NCBI GenBank assembly: GCA_020853525.1
Contig: JADYYS010000050.1
Coordinates: 18,672-82,671 of the forward strand
Origin: Ardenticatenales bacterium
GTDB lineage: Bacteria > Chloroflexota > Anaerolineae > Epilineales > Epilineaceae
Direction of reading: 5' to 3'
DNA length: 64,000 nt
Shown here: positions 8,183-16,870 of the stretch, one piece after another
How positions within the stretch are numbered: the first letter of the stretch is position 1
Layout: every line of letters starts with the position of its first letter
Notes under the pieces: model-generated
Databases searched by the model: none
What the model was told of the DNA's origin: nothing
The model's input: only the letters and a program-made list of their open reading frames with translations
Made by a program: the position numbers and the translations under genes

Positions 8183-10657
8183 ATGGACGATTCCGGCGGT
8201 CCGCGCGAACCGATCTCGATGGCCGCGATCCGGGCGTCGCTCGCCGCGCTCGCGGATCGGCTCGGCCCCGGCACGGTGTCAACGGCGCCCGACGTCCTCC
8301 TCGGCGTGTCGCACGATGCCGGCCTCGACCGCGCCACCGCCCTTGCCGTCGTCCGACCATCGACGACCGCCGACGTCGCGACCGCCGTGCGCTGGGCGCG
8401 CGGCGTCGGCGCGCACGTCGTCGCCCGCGGCGCCGGCACGGGCTTGTCGGGCGGGGCGGTACCGGTCGCGACTTCGATCGTCCTGGCACTCGACGGCTTG
8501 GACGGGATCGCCGTCGATCCCGTCGACCGTGTCGCCGTGTGCGGCCCCGGCGCCGTCACGGCGGACGTCGATGCCGCGGCCGCGGCGCACGGCCTGATGT
8601 ACCCGCCCGACCCGGCCAGCTGGCGGCAGTGCACCGTCGGAGGCAACGCAGCGACGAACGCGGGCGGGCCGCGCTGCCTGAAGTACGGCGTGACGGCCGG
8701 CTACGTCCAGGGCCTCACGGCCGTCCTGGCCGACGGGCGGACCGTTCGCCTCGGCGGCCTCGCGCTCGACCCGCCCGGCCCCGATCTCATCGGCCTGCTC
8801 GTCGGCAGCGAAGGGACGCTGGCCGTCGTGACCGAGCTCATCCTGCGCCTCATCCCGCGTCCGCCGGCCGTCGGCACGCTCCTCGCCGCCTTCCCGGACG
8901 CAGCCGCCGCCGGCGCCGCGGTCGCCGCCATCGTCGCCCGCGGCCTCGTCCCGGCCGCGCTGGAGCTGATGGACCGGGCGATGCTCGCGATCCTGGCCGC
9001 GGACCGCGATGGCGACGGCGAGGCCGACCTCGACGATCCACTCAACGGCGGCCCGCCCGCCTGGCCGCCCGACGCCGGTGCGGTGCTGATCGCGGAGGTC
9101 GATGGACATCCGGCGAGCATCGCGCCGCAGCTCGCGGCCGTCGGCGCCGCCGCCGAGGCGCACGGCGGCCGCTGCCGCATCGCCACGGACGACGGCGAGC
9201 GCGCCGCGCTGTGGGCCGGACGTCGCCGCGCCGGACTTGCGGTCCTCCGCCCCACCGGCGCCTACCACACCGCCGACGCCGCCGTACCGCCCAGCCGCCT
9301 GCCGGCCGTCATCGACGCCGTCGCCACGATCTGCGCCGCCCGCGGCCGAACGTACGGCCTCGTGGCCCATGCGGGCGACGGCAACCTGCACCCCCTCGTC
9401 CCGTTCGATCCGGCGTCGCCCGCCGATGCGCACGCCGTCGAGGCCTGCGTGGCCGAGATCGCGGCCGCAGCTGTGGCCGCGGGCGGCACGGTCAGCGGCG
9501 AACACGGCGTCGGCCTCACCAAGCGCCGGTTCCTGCCATGGCTGTTCGATTCAGCGACGCTCGAAGCGATGCGCGACGTCAAGCGCGCGCTCGACCCGCT
9601 GGGCACGCTGAACCCCGGCAAGGTGCTGCCGCCGGCCGGCGATCCGGGCGCGGCCTGGCCGCGCGACGACGTGCCGCCGGGGCGATCGCCCGGACCGTTG
9701 CGGACGTCCTCGATCACCGTCGCCCCCGCCGACCTCGTCCTCACCGCCCCGGCAGCCGCCACCCTCGCCGAAGCAGCCGCCGCCGCGCACGCCGCCGGCT
9801 GCCTGCTCCCCCTCGCCTCGCCGTGGCCTGAATCGACGCTCGGCGACGTCATCGGGCGGCGCCTCGAAGCCCCGTGGCGGACGCGCTACGGGGCGATCGG
9901 CGACCACGTATTGCGCATTGCGGCGACGCTGCCCGACGGCCGCGTGATCCGCGCCGGCTGCGCCGTGCGCAAGCACGTCGCCGGCTACGCGCTGCAGCGT
10001 CTGTTCGTCGGAGCGGGCGGGCGGATGGGGCGGATCGAGGCCGTCTCCCTGCGGCTCGTGCCCGCACCGCCGCGCCGCGCGTCGCTCCTCGTCGGCGCGG
10101 ACGACGTCGATGCGGCCGTCGCCCTCGCCCTCGCCGCGCGCGACGTGACGATCGGCGCGAGCGCTGTCCTGGTCGTCGAGGCGCCCGCGCTCGCGTCGCA
10201 CCCCGGCCTTGCCGCCCACGTCGACGGCCGACCGTGGGCGGTCGTCGTGACGAGCGAGGGCGTTGCGGCGGACGTCGACGCCGATGTGGTGCTGGCGCGC
10301 CGGGCGATCGGCGCACCGCGCGGCCGAGTGCGTCGCATCGATCATGCCGCTGACGACCTCGGGGGCGTCGACGTGTGGGCCGCGGCGGTGGCGGACGCGG
10401 CGCCGATCGTGCGGCTCGGGGTGCCGACCCACTGCCTGACGGCAGCGATCACGGCAACGACGGCATCGGGCTTCCCATGCGTCGTCATCGACGTTCTCGG
10501 CGGCCAGATCTTCGTCCGCGGGCACATCGACGGCGCGCTGGACGCAGCGAAGCCGACGCTGGGCAGGATCGCCGCGGCGTACGGCGGGCATGTCCTGGCC
10601 TGCGGTCCGGCCACGGTCCCTCATTGCGTGGCCGGACCTAGCGTCAGTGCGCAGTGA
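8183..10657 (+). CDS. FAD-linked oxidase: a fusion of a GlcD-like subunit and a GlcE-like second FAD/PCMH domain (glycolate/lactate oxidase family).
   Basis: Residues 1-470 read ...ARGAGTGLSGGAVP...GNAATNAGG...GEHGVG...LDPLGTLNPGKV, the GlcD pattern. The C-terminal ~350 aa read LRIAATLPDGRVIRAGCAVRKHVAGYALQRLFVGAGGRMGRIEAVSLRLVP, GlcE-like. Confidence 0.8.
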   Translation: MDDSGGPREPISMAAIRASLAALADRLGPGTVSTAPDVLLGVSHDAGLDRATALAVVRPSTTADVATAVRWARGVGAHVVARGAGTGLSGGAVPVATSIVLALDGLDGIAVDPVDRVAVCGPGAVTADVDAAAAAHGLMYPPDPASWRQCTVGGNAATNAGGPRCLKYGVTAGYVQGLTAVLADGRTVRLGGLALDPPGPDLIGLLVGSEGTLAVVTELILRLIPRPPAVGTLLAAFPDAAAAGAAVAAIVARGLVPAALELMDRAMLAILAADRDGDGEADLDDPLNGGPPAWPPDAGAVLIAEVDGHPASIAPQLAAVGAAAEAHGGRCRIATDDGERAALWAGRRRAGLAVLRPTGAYHTADAAVPPSRLPAVIDAVATICAARGRTYGLVAHAGDGNLHPLVPFDPASPADAHAVEACVAEIAAAAVAAGGTVSGEHGVGLTKRRFLPWLFDSATLEAMRDVKRALDPLGTLNPGKVLPPAGDPGAAWPRDDVPPGRSPGPLRTSSITVAPADLVLTAPAAATLAEAAAAAHAAGCLLPLASPWPESTLGDVIGRRLEAPWRTRYGAIGDHVLRIAATLPDGRVIRAGCAVRKHVAGYALQRLFVGAGGRMGRIEAVSLRLVPAPPRRASLLVGADDVDAAVALALAARDVTIGASAVLVVEAPALASHPGLAAHVDGRPWAVVVTSEGVAADVDADVVLARRAIGAPRGRVRRIDHAADDLGGVDVWAAAVADAAPIVRLGVPTHCLTAAITATTASGFPCVVIDVLGGQIFVRGHIDGALDAAKPTLGRIAAAYGGHVLACGPATVPHCVAGPSVSAQ

Positions 10658-10685
10658 GGTGCGGGCGGGTTGGGGTTTGGGGGGA

Positions 10686-10707
10686 GGGCAGCCACGGGGG
10701 GCTGCCC
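10686..10707. terminator. Hairpin GGGCAGCC-acgggg-GGCTGCCC between convergent genes.
   Basis: Perfect 8-bp stem seen in the sequence. Confidence 0.45.
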
Positions 10708-13700
10708 CTACTCGCGGGATCCGGGGGTTACTGTCAGCGTGACCCGCTGCCCGTCGCGATCCACGATGACCTTGATCGCCTGTCCGATCTTCAGGGCATC
10801 GAGCGACTTCGTGTAATCGTAGATGTTCTCGACCTTCTGGCCGGCCAGCTCGACGATCACGTCGCCGGCCTTGAGGCCGCCCTGCTCCGCCGGGCCGCCC
10901 TCGGCGACGCCTGACAAGAGGACCCCGGCCACGCCGGTGTCGGCGTAGTCCGGGATCGTGCCGAGGTAGACCCGTCGGCCGCCGCCGGACGGGCTCTGCT
11001 CGGGCGCCTTGGCGGCCACGTAGTCCAGCGGCGCGTCGGCGCGGGCGAGGGAGACCGTGATCCCGCTCATCAGGCGGGCGATCTTGGCCAGCGCATCGTA
11101 ATCCAGGCGCTCCGGCGTGTCGCGGGGCGTGTGGTACTCGGAGTGGGCGCCGGTGAAGGCGGCCAGGATCGGGACGCCCTTCAGGTAGAACGAGGTTGCG
11201 TCCGTCGGCAGGAACGTGTCGTCGGACAGCGTGAGCGGCAGTCCGATGGCGACGTTGCGCTGCTCGATCAGGCGGCGCCAGCCCGTGCTCGAGCCGATGC
11301 CCTGCAGGATCACGCCGTCGTGCAGCCGACCGATCATGTCCATGTTCAGATAGGCCGCCGCCGCCGGGTAGATGGACTCCGCCTTGGGATCGTCGCCATA
11401 TGCCTTCACGAAGTGGCTGGAACCGAGGATCCCGAGCTCCTCCCCCGACCACGCCGCGAAGACGATGTCGCGCCGGGCGTCGGCCAGCCGGCCGTCAGCC
11501 GCCTCGTCGGCCAGGAACTGAGCGATCTCGATCAGGCCCGCGACGCCCGAGGCGTTGTCGTCCGCACCGTAGTGGATCTTGCCCTTCTCTTCGGGCTTGG
11601 CCAGCGAGTCGCCGGCACCGCCGCGACCGAGGTGGTCGACGTGCGCGCCGATGATGACGTGCTCCGCACTCGGCGTCCGGCCGACCTGCAGCCGGCCGAC
11701 GACGTTGCGGCCCTTGCCGGTATCGAACGTCAGCGTGAAGTGCGCGCCGATCTGGTGGCCCGGCAGCGCGAAGCCCGCCACCGCCTCGCCGCCGTCGAGC
11801 GCCGCCTGCGCTGAGGCCAGCGTGTGGCCGCTCTTGCCGAACAGCCCCTCCGCCCACGCATCCGTCACGCTGGCCGCCGCGATGCTCGTTCCGGCCACGG
11901 ACGCATCGAAGCGCAGCTCCACAAGCTGCTCCTTGACGTTGCTCGTCGGACCGCTGACGACGAGCAGGCCGACGGCGCCGCGGTCGCGGGCCTCCATCGC
12001 CTTGTAGCGCAGGGACGCGTAGCGGTTCAGATGCTGCCGTCGCTCGGCATCCACATCCTCGGGCAGGTAGCGCAGGACGACGACCCACTTGCCGTTCACG
12101 TCGAGGTCGCCGTAGCTGTCGTAGGCCGCCTGCTCGCCGTCCTTGGGTGCCACGATGCCGTAGCCGGCAAACGCCACGCCCCCGAAGCCGACCGAGCCCG
12201 TCTTCGAGAACGACAGCGGCCGCCAGTCCGTGTCGACGACCCCTTCCTCCTCCGCCCCCCCCTCGGCCTGGCGCACGAGCATGTTGACGCCGTCGATCCG
12301 GACGCCGGACGTGAAGTCGAACGCCTGGAAGTAGCCGTCGTCGCCGGCCGGCGCGAGGCCGAGCGCTTCGAACGCCTCGGCCACGTACTGCGTGGCCCTG
12401 TGCTCGCCGATCGTGCCGGTCTGCCGACCGTCCATCTCGCCGGCGGCGAGGCGCACGACGTGCCGCTTGGCGTCGGCGGCCGTGATGTCGTCCGTCGTCG
12501 CCGCCATGTCCGGCGGCGCGGCCGGTGCGTCGTCGGCGCCCGCACCGGCCGCCTCCGCGCCGGCGGACGACGACGATGCGGCGCGCGGCGGACTCAGCGC
12601 GAGCAGCGCGCGGGCCTTGGCGTCGTTCCAGTCGGCGACGAAAATCTGGTACTCGCCGCCGGCGGTGCCGCGCTTGTTCGACCACGAGATCGTGGCACCG
12701 CCCGGCGAGAAGACCGGCAGGACGTCCGCATCGGGGGTGAACGTCACCCGCACCGGCTCATGCGCCCCGGCGGCATCGACCATGAACAGCTCGAAGTTGT
12801 CGTAGCCCAGTTTGCTCGACGTGAAGACGATGTAGTCGCCGCTCGGGTGGTAGTACGGTGCCCAACTGAGGGCGCCGAACTCCGTGAGCTGCCGTGCGTC
12901 CGTGCCGTCGGCGTTCATCGTCCAGATCTCGGCCATCGTCCCCTCGGCGTTGAACCGCCGCCAGACGATGCGCCGGCCGTCCGGGCTGAAGAACGGGCCG
13001 CCGTCGTAGCCCTTGACGTCGGTCAGGCGCCGGACGTTGCCCCCGTCGGCATCCATCGTGTAGATGTCCATCATGTAGGCGGGGTCCTGGTCGAACAGCT
13101 TCTGGTCCGCCGCATCCATCGGCTCGCTGTACGCCAGGCGGTTCGAGGCGAACACGATCTGCGACCCGTCGGGCGACAGCGCCCCTTCGGCGTCGTAGCC
13201 GCGGGTGCGGGTAAGGTTGCGGTAGTCGTTGCCGCCGATCGTGACGGCGTAGATCTCGTAATCCTCGTCGTAGTCCCAGCTGTAGCGGCGTGTCTCGCCC
13301 GACGCGCGGAAGTCGAGCTCGGCCTGCATGTCCTTGCGGGCGTCCGGGTCCTCGTGGGTCGAGGCGAAGATCGCCTGCTTGCCGTCGGGTGCGAGCCAGC
13401 CGCACGTCGTCTTGCCCCAGCCGGGCGAGACGCGCCGGCTGTCGCCGGTCTCGAGGTCGAGGACATAGATCTGGTAGAACGGGTTGCCGGGCTCGCGCTC
13501 GCTCTGGAAGATCATCCGCTTGCCGTCGGCGTCGTAGTACCCCTCGCCCGACCGCCGACCCTCGAAGACGAGCTGTCGCACGCCCGTGATCAGATCGGCC
13601 TCGACGTGGCTGGTCGTAACGCCGGTGGACGAGACGGCTTGCGTGGCCGTCAGGTCGTCGTGCGCCCCGAGTGCCGTCGACGTCGTCGCCGCGGTGGTGG

Positions 13701-13896
13701 TCACGCCCGAGGCGGCATCGAGCCCGACGGTCGGCGTGCCGACGCCGGCGGGCGGCTCCGCGGTGGGCCGTGCGCCGCCGCAACCGGCCGCGACGAGCAA
13801 CGCAAGGGCGGCGACGCCGCTGCACGCCGCAGTCGCCATGCCGCGGGCGGCAGCAACGCGCGGTGTTGCGATGGGGGTTCGGGTTCGCTCCGACAT
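10708..13896 (-). CDS. Lipoprotein fusing a TolB-like beta-propeller, a PA domain + M28 zinc aminopeptidase, and a PDZ domain.
   Basis: Probable start MSERTR... with lipobox LLVAAGC. PD40-like repeats read YDADGKRMIFQSE, SPDGSQIVFASNR, SPDGRRIVW and SPGGATISW. The M28 motifs are HVDHLG, GADDNASG and SGEELG. The PDZ domain near the C-terminus reads GGLKAGDVIVELAG. Confidence 0.75.
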   Translation of the reverse strand: MSERTRTPIATPRVAAARGMATAACSGVAALALLVAAGCGGARPTAEPPAGVGTPTVGLDAASGVTTTAATTSTALGAHDDLTATQAVSSTGVTTSHVEADLITGVRQLVFEGRRSGEGYYDADGKRMIFQSEREPGNPFYQIYVLDLETGDSRRVSPGWGKTTCGWLAPDGKQAIFASTHEDPDARKDMQAELDFRASGETRRYSWDYDEDYEIYAVTIGGNDYRNLTRTRGYDAEGALSPDGSQIVFASNRLAYSEPMDAADQKLFDQDPAYMMDIYTMDADGGNVRRLTDVKGYDGGPFFSPDGRRIVWRRFNAEGTMAEIWTMNADGTDARQLTEFGALSWAPYYHPSGDYIVFTSSKLGYDNFELFMVDAAGAHEPVRVTFTPDADVLPVFSPGGATISWSNKRGTAGGEYQIFVADWNDAKARALLALSPPRAASSSSAGAEAAGAGADDAPAAPPDMAATTDDITAADAKRHVVRLAAGEMDGRQTGTIGEHRATQYVAEAFEALGLAPAGDDGYFQAFDFTSGVRIDGVNMLVRQAEGGAEEEGVVDTDWRPLSFSKTGSVGFGGVAFAGYGIVAPKDGEQAAYDSYGDLDVNGKWVVVLRYLPEDVDAERRQHLNRYASLRYKAMEARDRGAVGLLVVSGPTSNVKEQLVELRFDASVAGTSIAAASVTDAWAEGLFGKSGHTLASAQAALDGGEAVAGFALPGHQIGAHFTLTFDTGKGRNVVGRLQVGRTPSAEHVIIGAHVDHLGRGGAGDSLAKPEEKGKIHYGADDNASGVAGLIEIAQFLADEAADGRLADARRDIVFAAWSGEELGILGSSHFVKAYGDDPKAESIYPAAAAYLNMDMIGRLHDGVILQGIGSSTGWRRLIEQRNVAIGLPLTLSDDTFLPTDATSFYLKGVPILAAFTGAHSEYHTPRDTPERLDYDALAKIARLMSGITVSLARADAPLDYVAAKAPEQSPSGGGRRVYLGTIPDYADTGVAGVLLSGVAEGGPAEQGGLKAGDVIVELAGQKVENIYDYTKSLDALKIGQAIKVIVDRDGQRVTLTVTPGSRE

Positions 13897-13999
13897 GACG
13901 GGCTCCTTGGGGGCGACACACGGTCCGATGTCGCCTGTGATGCGCCGGGCGCAGGCGCCAACGCGGTGCCGAACCGTGCGCCGGGCACAGCGCCCGCGC

Positions 14000-16864
14000 T
14001 CATCGACCCAGGTCGGCGATCGTTCGATCGAGGGTTTCGTACTCGCTCGCGACGTCCGCCGCGGATAGTGCCTCACCTACCGGCCGCGTGGCCAGCGCGG
14101 CCAACTCGGCCCCGAAGAGCCGGCGGCGTTTCACCGCCTCGACCTCGTGCGCGCGCTGGCCGGGCCGCCCGGTGTCGCCCTCGGCCGGGGCGGGCTGGGT
14201 GGGCTGCCGATCGTGGCTGAGGTCGACCGCCTTCCGCAACGCGCTGCCCGCCGCCTCCGCGTCGCCCACCCGCCAGGCGATGTAGCCGAGCAGGTAGTGG
14301 ACGATGACGGCCTGCTCGTTCAGCCGACCGGCCTGCCGCAGTGCCTGCTCGGCGGCGGCGATGTCCCCGGCCGCCAGCGCCGTCGCACCGAGCTGCATGA
14401 GCGCCCCGCTCTCCTCAGGGTTGATCGCGACGGCGGTCGCGTAGGCCCGTTCGGCGACCGCGAGGTCGAACAGGTCGCCGGCGTCGGGCGATGCGTGGAT
14501 CGCCCCGATCTGCAGGTGGCCCCGCAGGCTCTGCGGGTTGAGGGCCACGAGCGCCTCGAACGGCTCGAGCGCCGCGGCGTAGTCGCCCAGCTCGCTCAGG
14601 CAGCCGCCGAGCCCGAAGAGGGCATCCTCGTGCAGCGGGTCGAGGGCCAGCGCCTCGCGAAACAGCGCGCTGGCCTTGGCGCAATCGTTCTCGCCCTTCA
14701 TCGCAGCCACGGCGGCGCGCTGCAGCTCCCAGAAGCGGACCCGCGCCTGGGGATCGGACGGGCCGAAGTGGACCGGGGTGCCGCCGGCAAGTTGGGGTAC
14801 GGATTCGCCGCTGGCGATGGCGGTGCCGGAATCCACCGACGTCGGGCCACGGTCATATGCAGTGCCGGCCGTGACGCCATCGACGCCGACGACGGCATTG
14901 CCGCCTGCATCCAGCCTGCGAACCTCCGGCCTGCCCTCGGTCAGCTCGATCCGCTGGTCCGCGGCGACCTCGGCCCACGCCTGCACCTCGCCGCCGGGCC
15001 ACCTGACCTCGACCGTGCTCGACCCGCCCGCCGCCCCGAGCCCGAACTGCGCCTCGGGCGCGTGCTGCGAGAGGTAGGACGAGCCGACGCCGACCTCGCG
15101 GACCTGCCGACGATCGCCGGTGGTCACGATGACCTTGGCACCGATGCCGAAGCGGTTGCGCCGGCCGGCGAGTCGAATGCTGAGCCAGTGGTTCCTCGAG
15201 GCGGCAGGATCGGCCGGATCGGTGCGATCGGCTGGTTCGTCGCGACCTTCGCGACCCCCGTCGTTGCGCAGGAGCGTCGGCGGCGCGCCGTGGTTGGCGA
15301 CGACGATGTCGGGGTCGCCGTCGTGGTCGTAGTCGGCCACGGCGGCGCCGCGCGCGACGTGGGTCTCGGCCCAGGCGTCGCCGCTGGCCGCGCCGACGTC
15401 GAAGAAGCCCTCGCCGTCCGGCCCGCGGTTCCAGAACAGCTGGTTGGCCATCGCGACGAGCTGTGTCGGGTCCGCTTCGTCCTGGAACGTGTGGCCGTTG
15501 GCGACGAACAGGTCTAGCCGCCCGTCGCGGTCGTAGTCCAGGAACGCCGTGCCCCAGCCGACGAAATCGAGCGCGATCTGTCCGACGCCGTATTGATCGG
15601 CCATGTCCGTGAAGCGCATGGGCGGCGCGGCCGGCGCGGTCGCGGGTGCGGCGACGTCGGCCGTGCCGGCCGTCGAATCGGCGACCGCGACATCGGCAGG
15701 CGCCGCATCGGCAGCCGGCGGCGCGGGGAGGTTGCCCCGCAGGTTCACGTACAGCGCGTTCTCCTGGGCGATCCAGTGCGTGACGAAGACGTCCTGGTCG
15801 AGGTCGTTGTCCCAGTCGCCGGTCGCCAGGCCCATCGCGCCGCGCGGATCCGACACCCAGGCCTCGTGGCTGATGTCGGCGAACGTGCCGTCACCGTTGT
15901 TGCGGTAGAGCGCGTTGTCCGAGACATCGTTGGCCACGTACAGGTCCAGCCAGCCGTCGTCGTCGAGGTCGCTCCACGTGGCGGACAGGCTCCGGCCGGT
16001 CGGGTTGTCGACGCCGGCCGCCGCCGCGACCTCGGCGAACGTGCCGTCGCCGTTGTTGTGGTAGAGCAGGTTGCGCTCGGGTTCGAACGAGGACGGGTTC
16101 AGCGACACCGGCGTCAAGGCGCCGTACTGGGCCTCTGTTCGCCCGGCGCCGGCCGGGTCCACGACGTACTGCACGTAGCCGCAGACATACGCATCGAGCG
16201 CGCCGTCCCGGTCGTAGTCCGCCCAGCTCACGCCGGTCCAGAAGCCTTCCGGACCGGCGAAGCCGCCGGCCGCGCCGATATCGCGGAACGTCCCGTCCCC
16301 GTCGTTGCGGTACAGCGCGTTCGTACCGAAGCGCGTGACGGACAGGTCGAGGTCGCCGTCGCCGTCGATGTCGGCCCATGCGGCGCCGAGGCCGAGGTCG
16401 GGGGTCGCCAGGCCGGCACGAGCCGTCACGTCGGCGAACGTGCCGTCGCCTTGATTGCGATAAAGATGACCCGTCGCCGTCGACACCGCGCGCTCGGCCA
16501 CCGAGCGGGAGAGCGCGCCGGCGAAGTTCGGCACGTAGAGGTCGTCCCAGCCGTCGCCGTCGAAATCGCCCCACGCGGCGCCGGGGCCCATGTCCTCGGG
16601 CAGCTGGCTGGAGCGCGGCCCGTCGAAGTGGGGGGCGGTGAGGCCGGCCTCGGCCGCGACGTCCGTGAACCGCACGCGCGCCACATCGTCCGGCAGCGTC
16701 CGGCCGAGCGAGTCCGTGATGCCCGCGACGTCCTCGCCGGGTCGATAGGGCTTGTCGTCGCGACGTGCCACCAGGATGCCGGCGACGGCCAGAGCGACGA
16801 ACGTCGCGCTGCCGCCGAACGTGTAGAGGACGCGGCGGGTCCGGCGTGAGATCGGTCGGCGCAT
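14000..16864 (-). CDS. FG-GAP/VCBS-repeat CRTAC1-family protein with an ASPIC/UnbV domain and C-terminal TPR repeats. An N-terminal TM anchor is present.
   Basis: Repeated motifs DFDGDGWDDLYV, DIDGDGDLDL, DYDRDGALD and DYDHDGDPDIVVAN are FG-GAP-like. The UnbV/ASPIC-like segment reads WLSIRLAGRRNRFGIGAKV...VRWPGGEVQAW. TPR-like helices follow. Confidence 0.75.
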   Translation of the reverse strand: MRRPISRRTRRVLYTFGGSATFVALAVAGILVARRDDKPYRPGEDVAGITDSLGRTLPDDVARVRFTDVAAEAGLTAPHFDGPRSSQLPEDMGPGAAWGDFDGDGWDDLYVPNFAGALSRSVAERAVSTATGHLYRNQGDGTFADVTARAGLATPDLGLGAAWADIDGDGDLDLSVTRFGTNALYRNDGDGTFRDIGAAGGFAGPEGFWTGVSWADYDRDGALDAYVCGYVQYVVDPAGAGRTEAQYGALTPVSLNPSSFEPERNLLYHNNGDGTFAEVAAAAGVDNPTGRSLSATWSDLDDDGWLDLYVANDVSDNALYRNNGDGTFADISHEAWVSDPRGAMGLATGDWDNDLDQDVFVTHWIAQENALYVNLRGNLPAPPAADAAPADVAVADSTAGTADVAAPATAPAAPPMRFTDMADQYGVGQIALDFVGWGTAFLDYDRDGRLDLFVANGHTFQDEADPTQLVAMANQLFWNRGPDGEGFFDVGAASGDAWAETHVARGAAVADYDHDGDPDIVVANHGAPPTLLRNDGGREGRDEPADRTDPADPAASRNHWLSIRLAGRRNRFGIGAKVIVTTGDRRQVREVGVGSSYLSQHAPEAQFGLGAAGGSSTVEVRWPGGEVQAWAEVAADQRIELTEGRPEVRRLDAGGNAVVGVDGVTAGTAYDRGPTSVDSGTAIASGESVPQLAGGTPVHFGPSDPQARVRFWELQRAAVAAMKGENDCAKASALFREALALDPLHEDALFGLGGCLSELGDYAAALEPFEALVALNPQSLRGHLQIGAIHASPDAGDLFDLAVAERAYATAVAINPEESGALMQLGATALAAGDIAAAEQALRQAGRLNEQAVIVHYLLGYIAWRVGDAEAAGSALRKAVDLSHDRQPTQPAPAEGDTGRPGQRAHEVEAVKRRRLFGAELAALATRPVGEALSAADVASEYETLDRTIADLGR

Positions 16865-16870
16865 CGTCCG

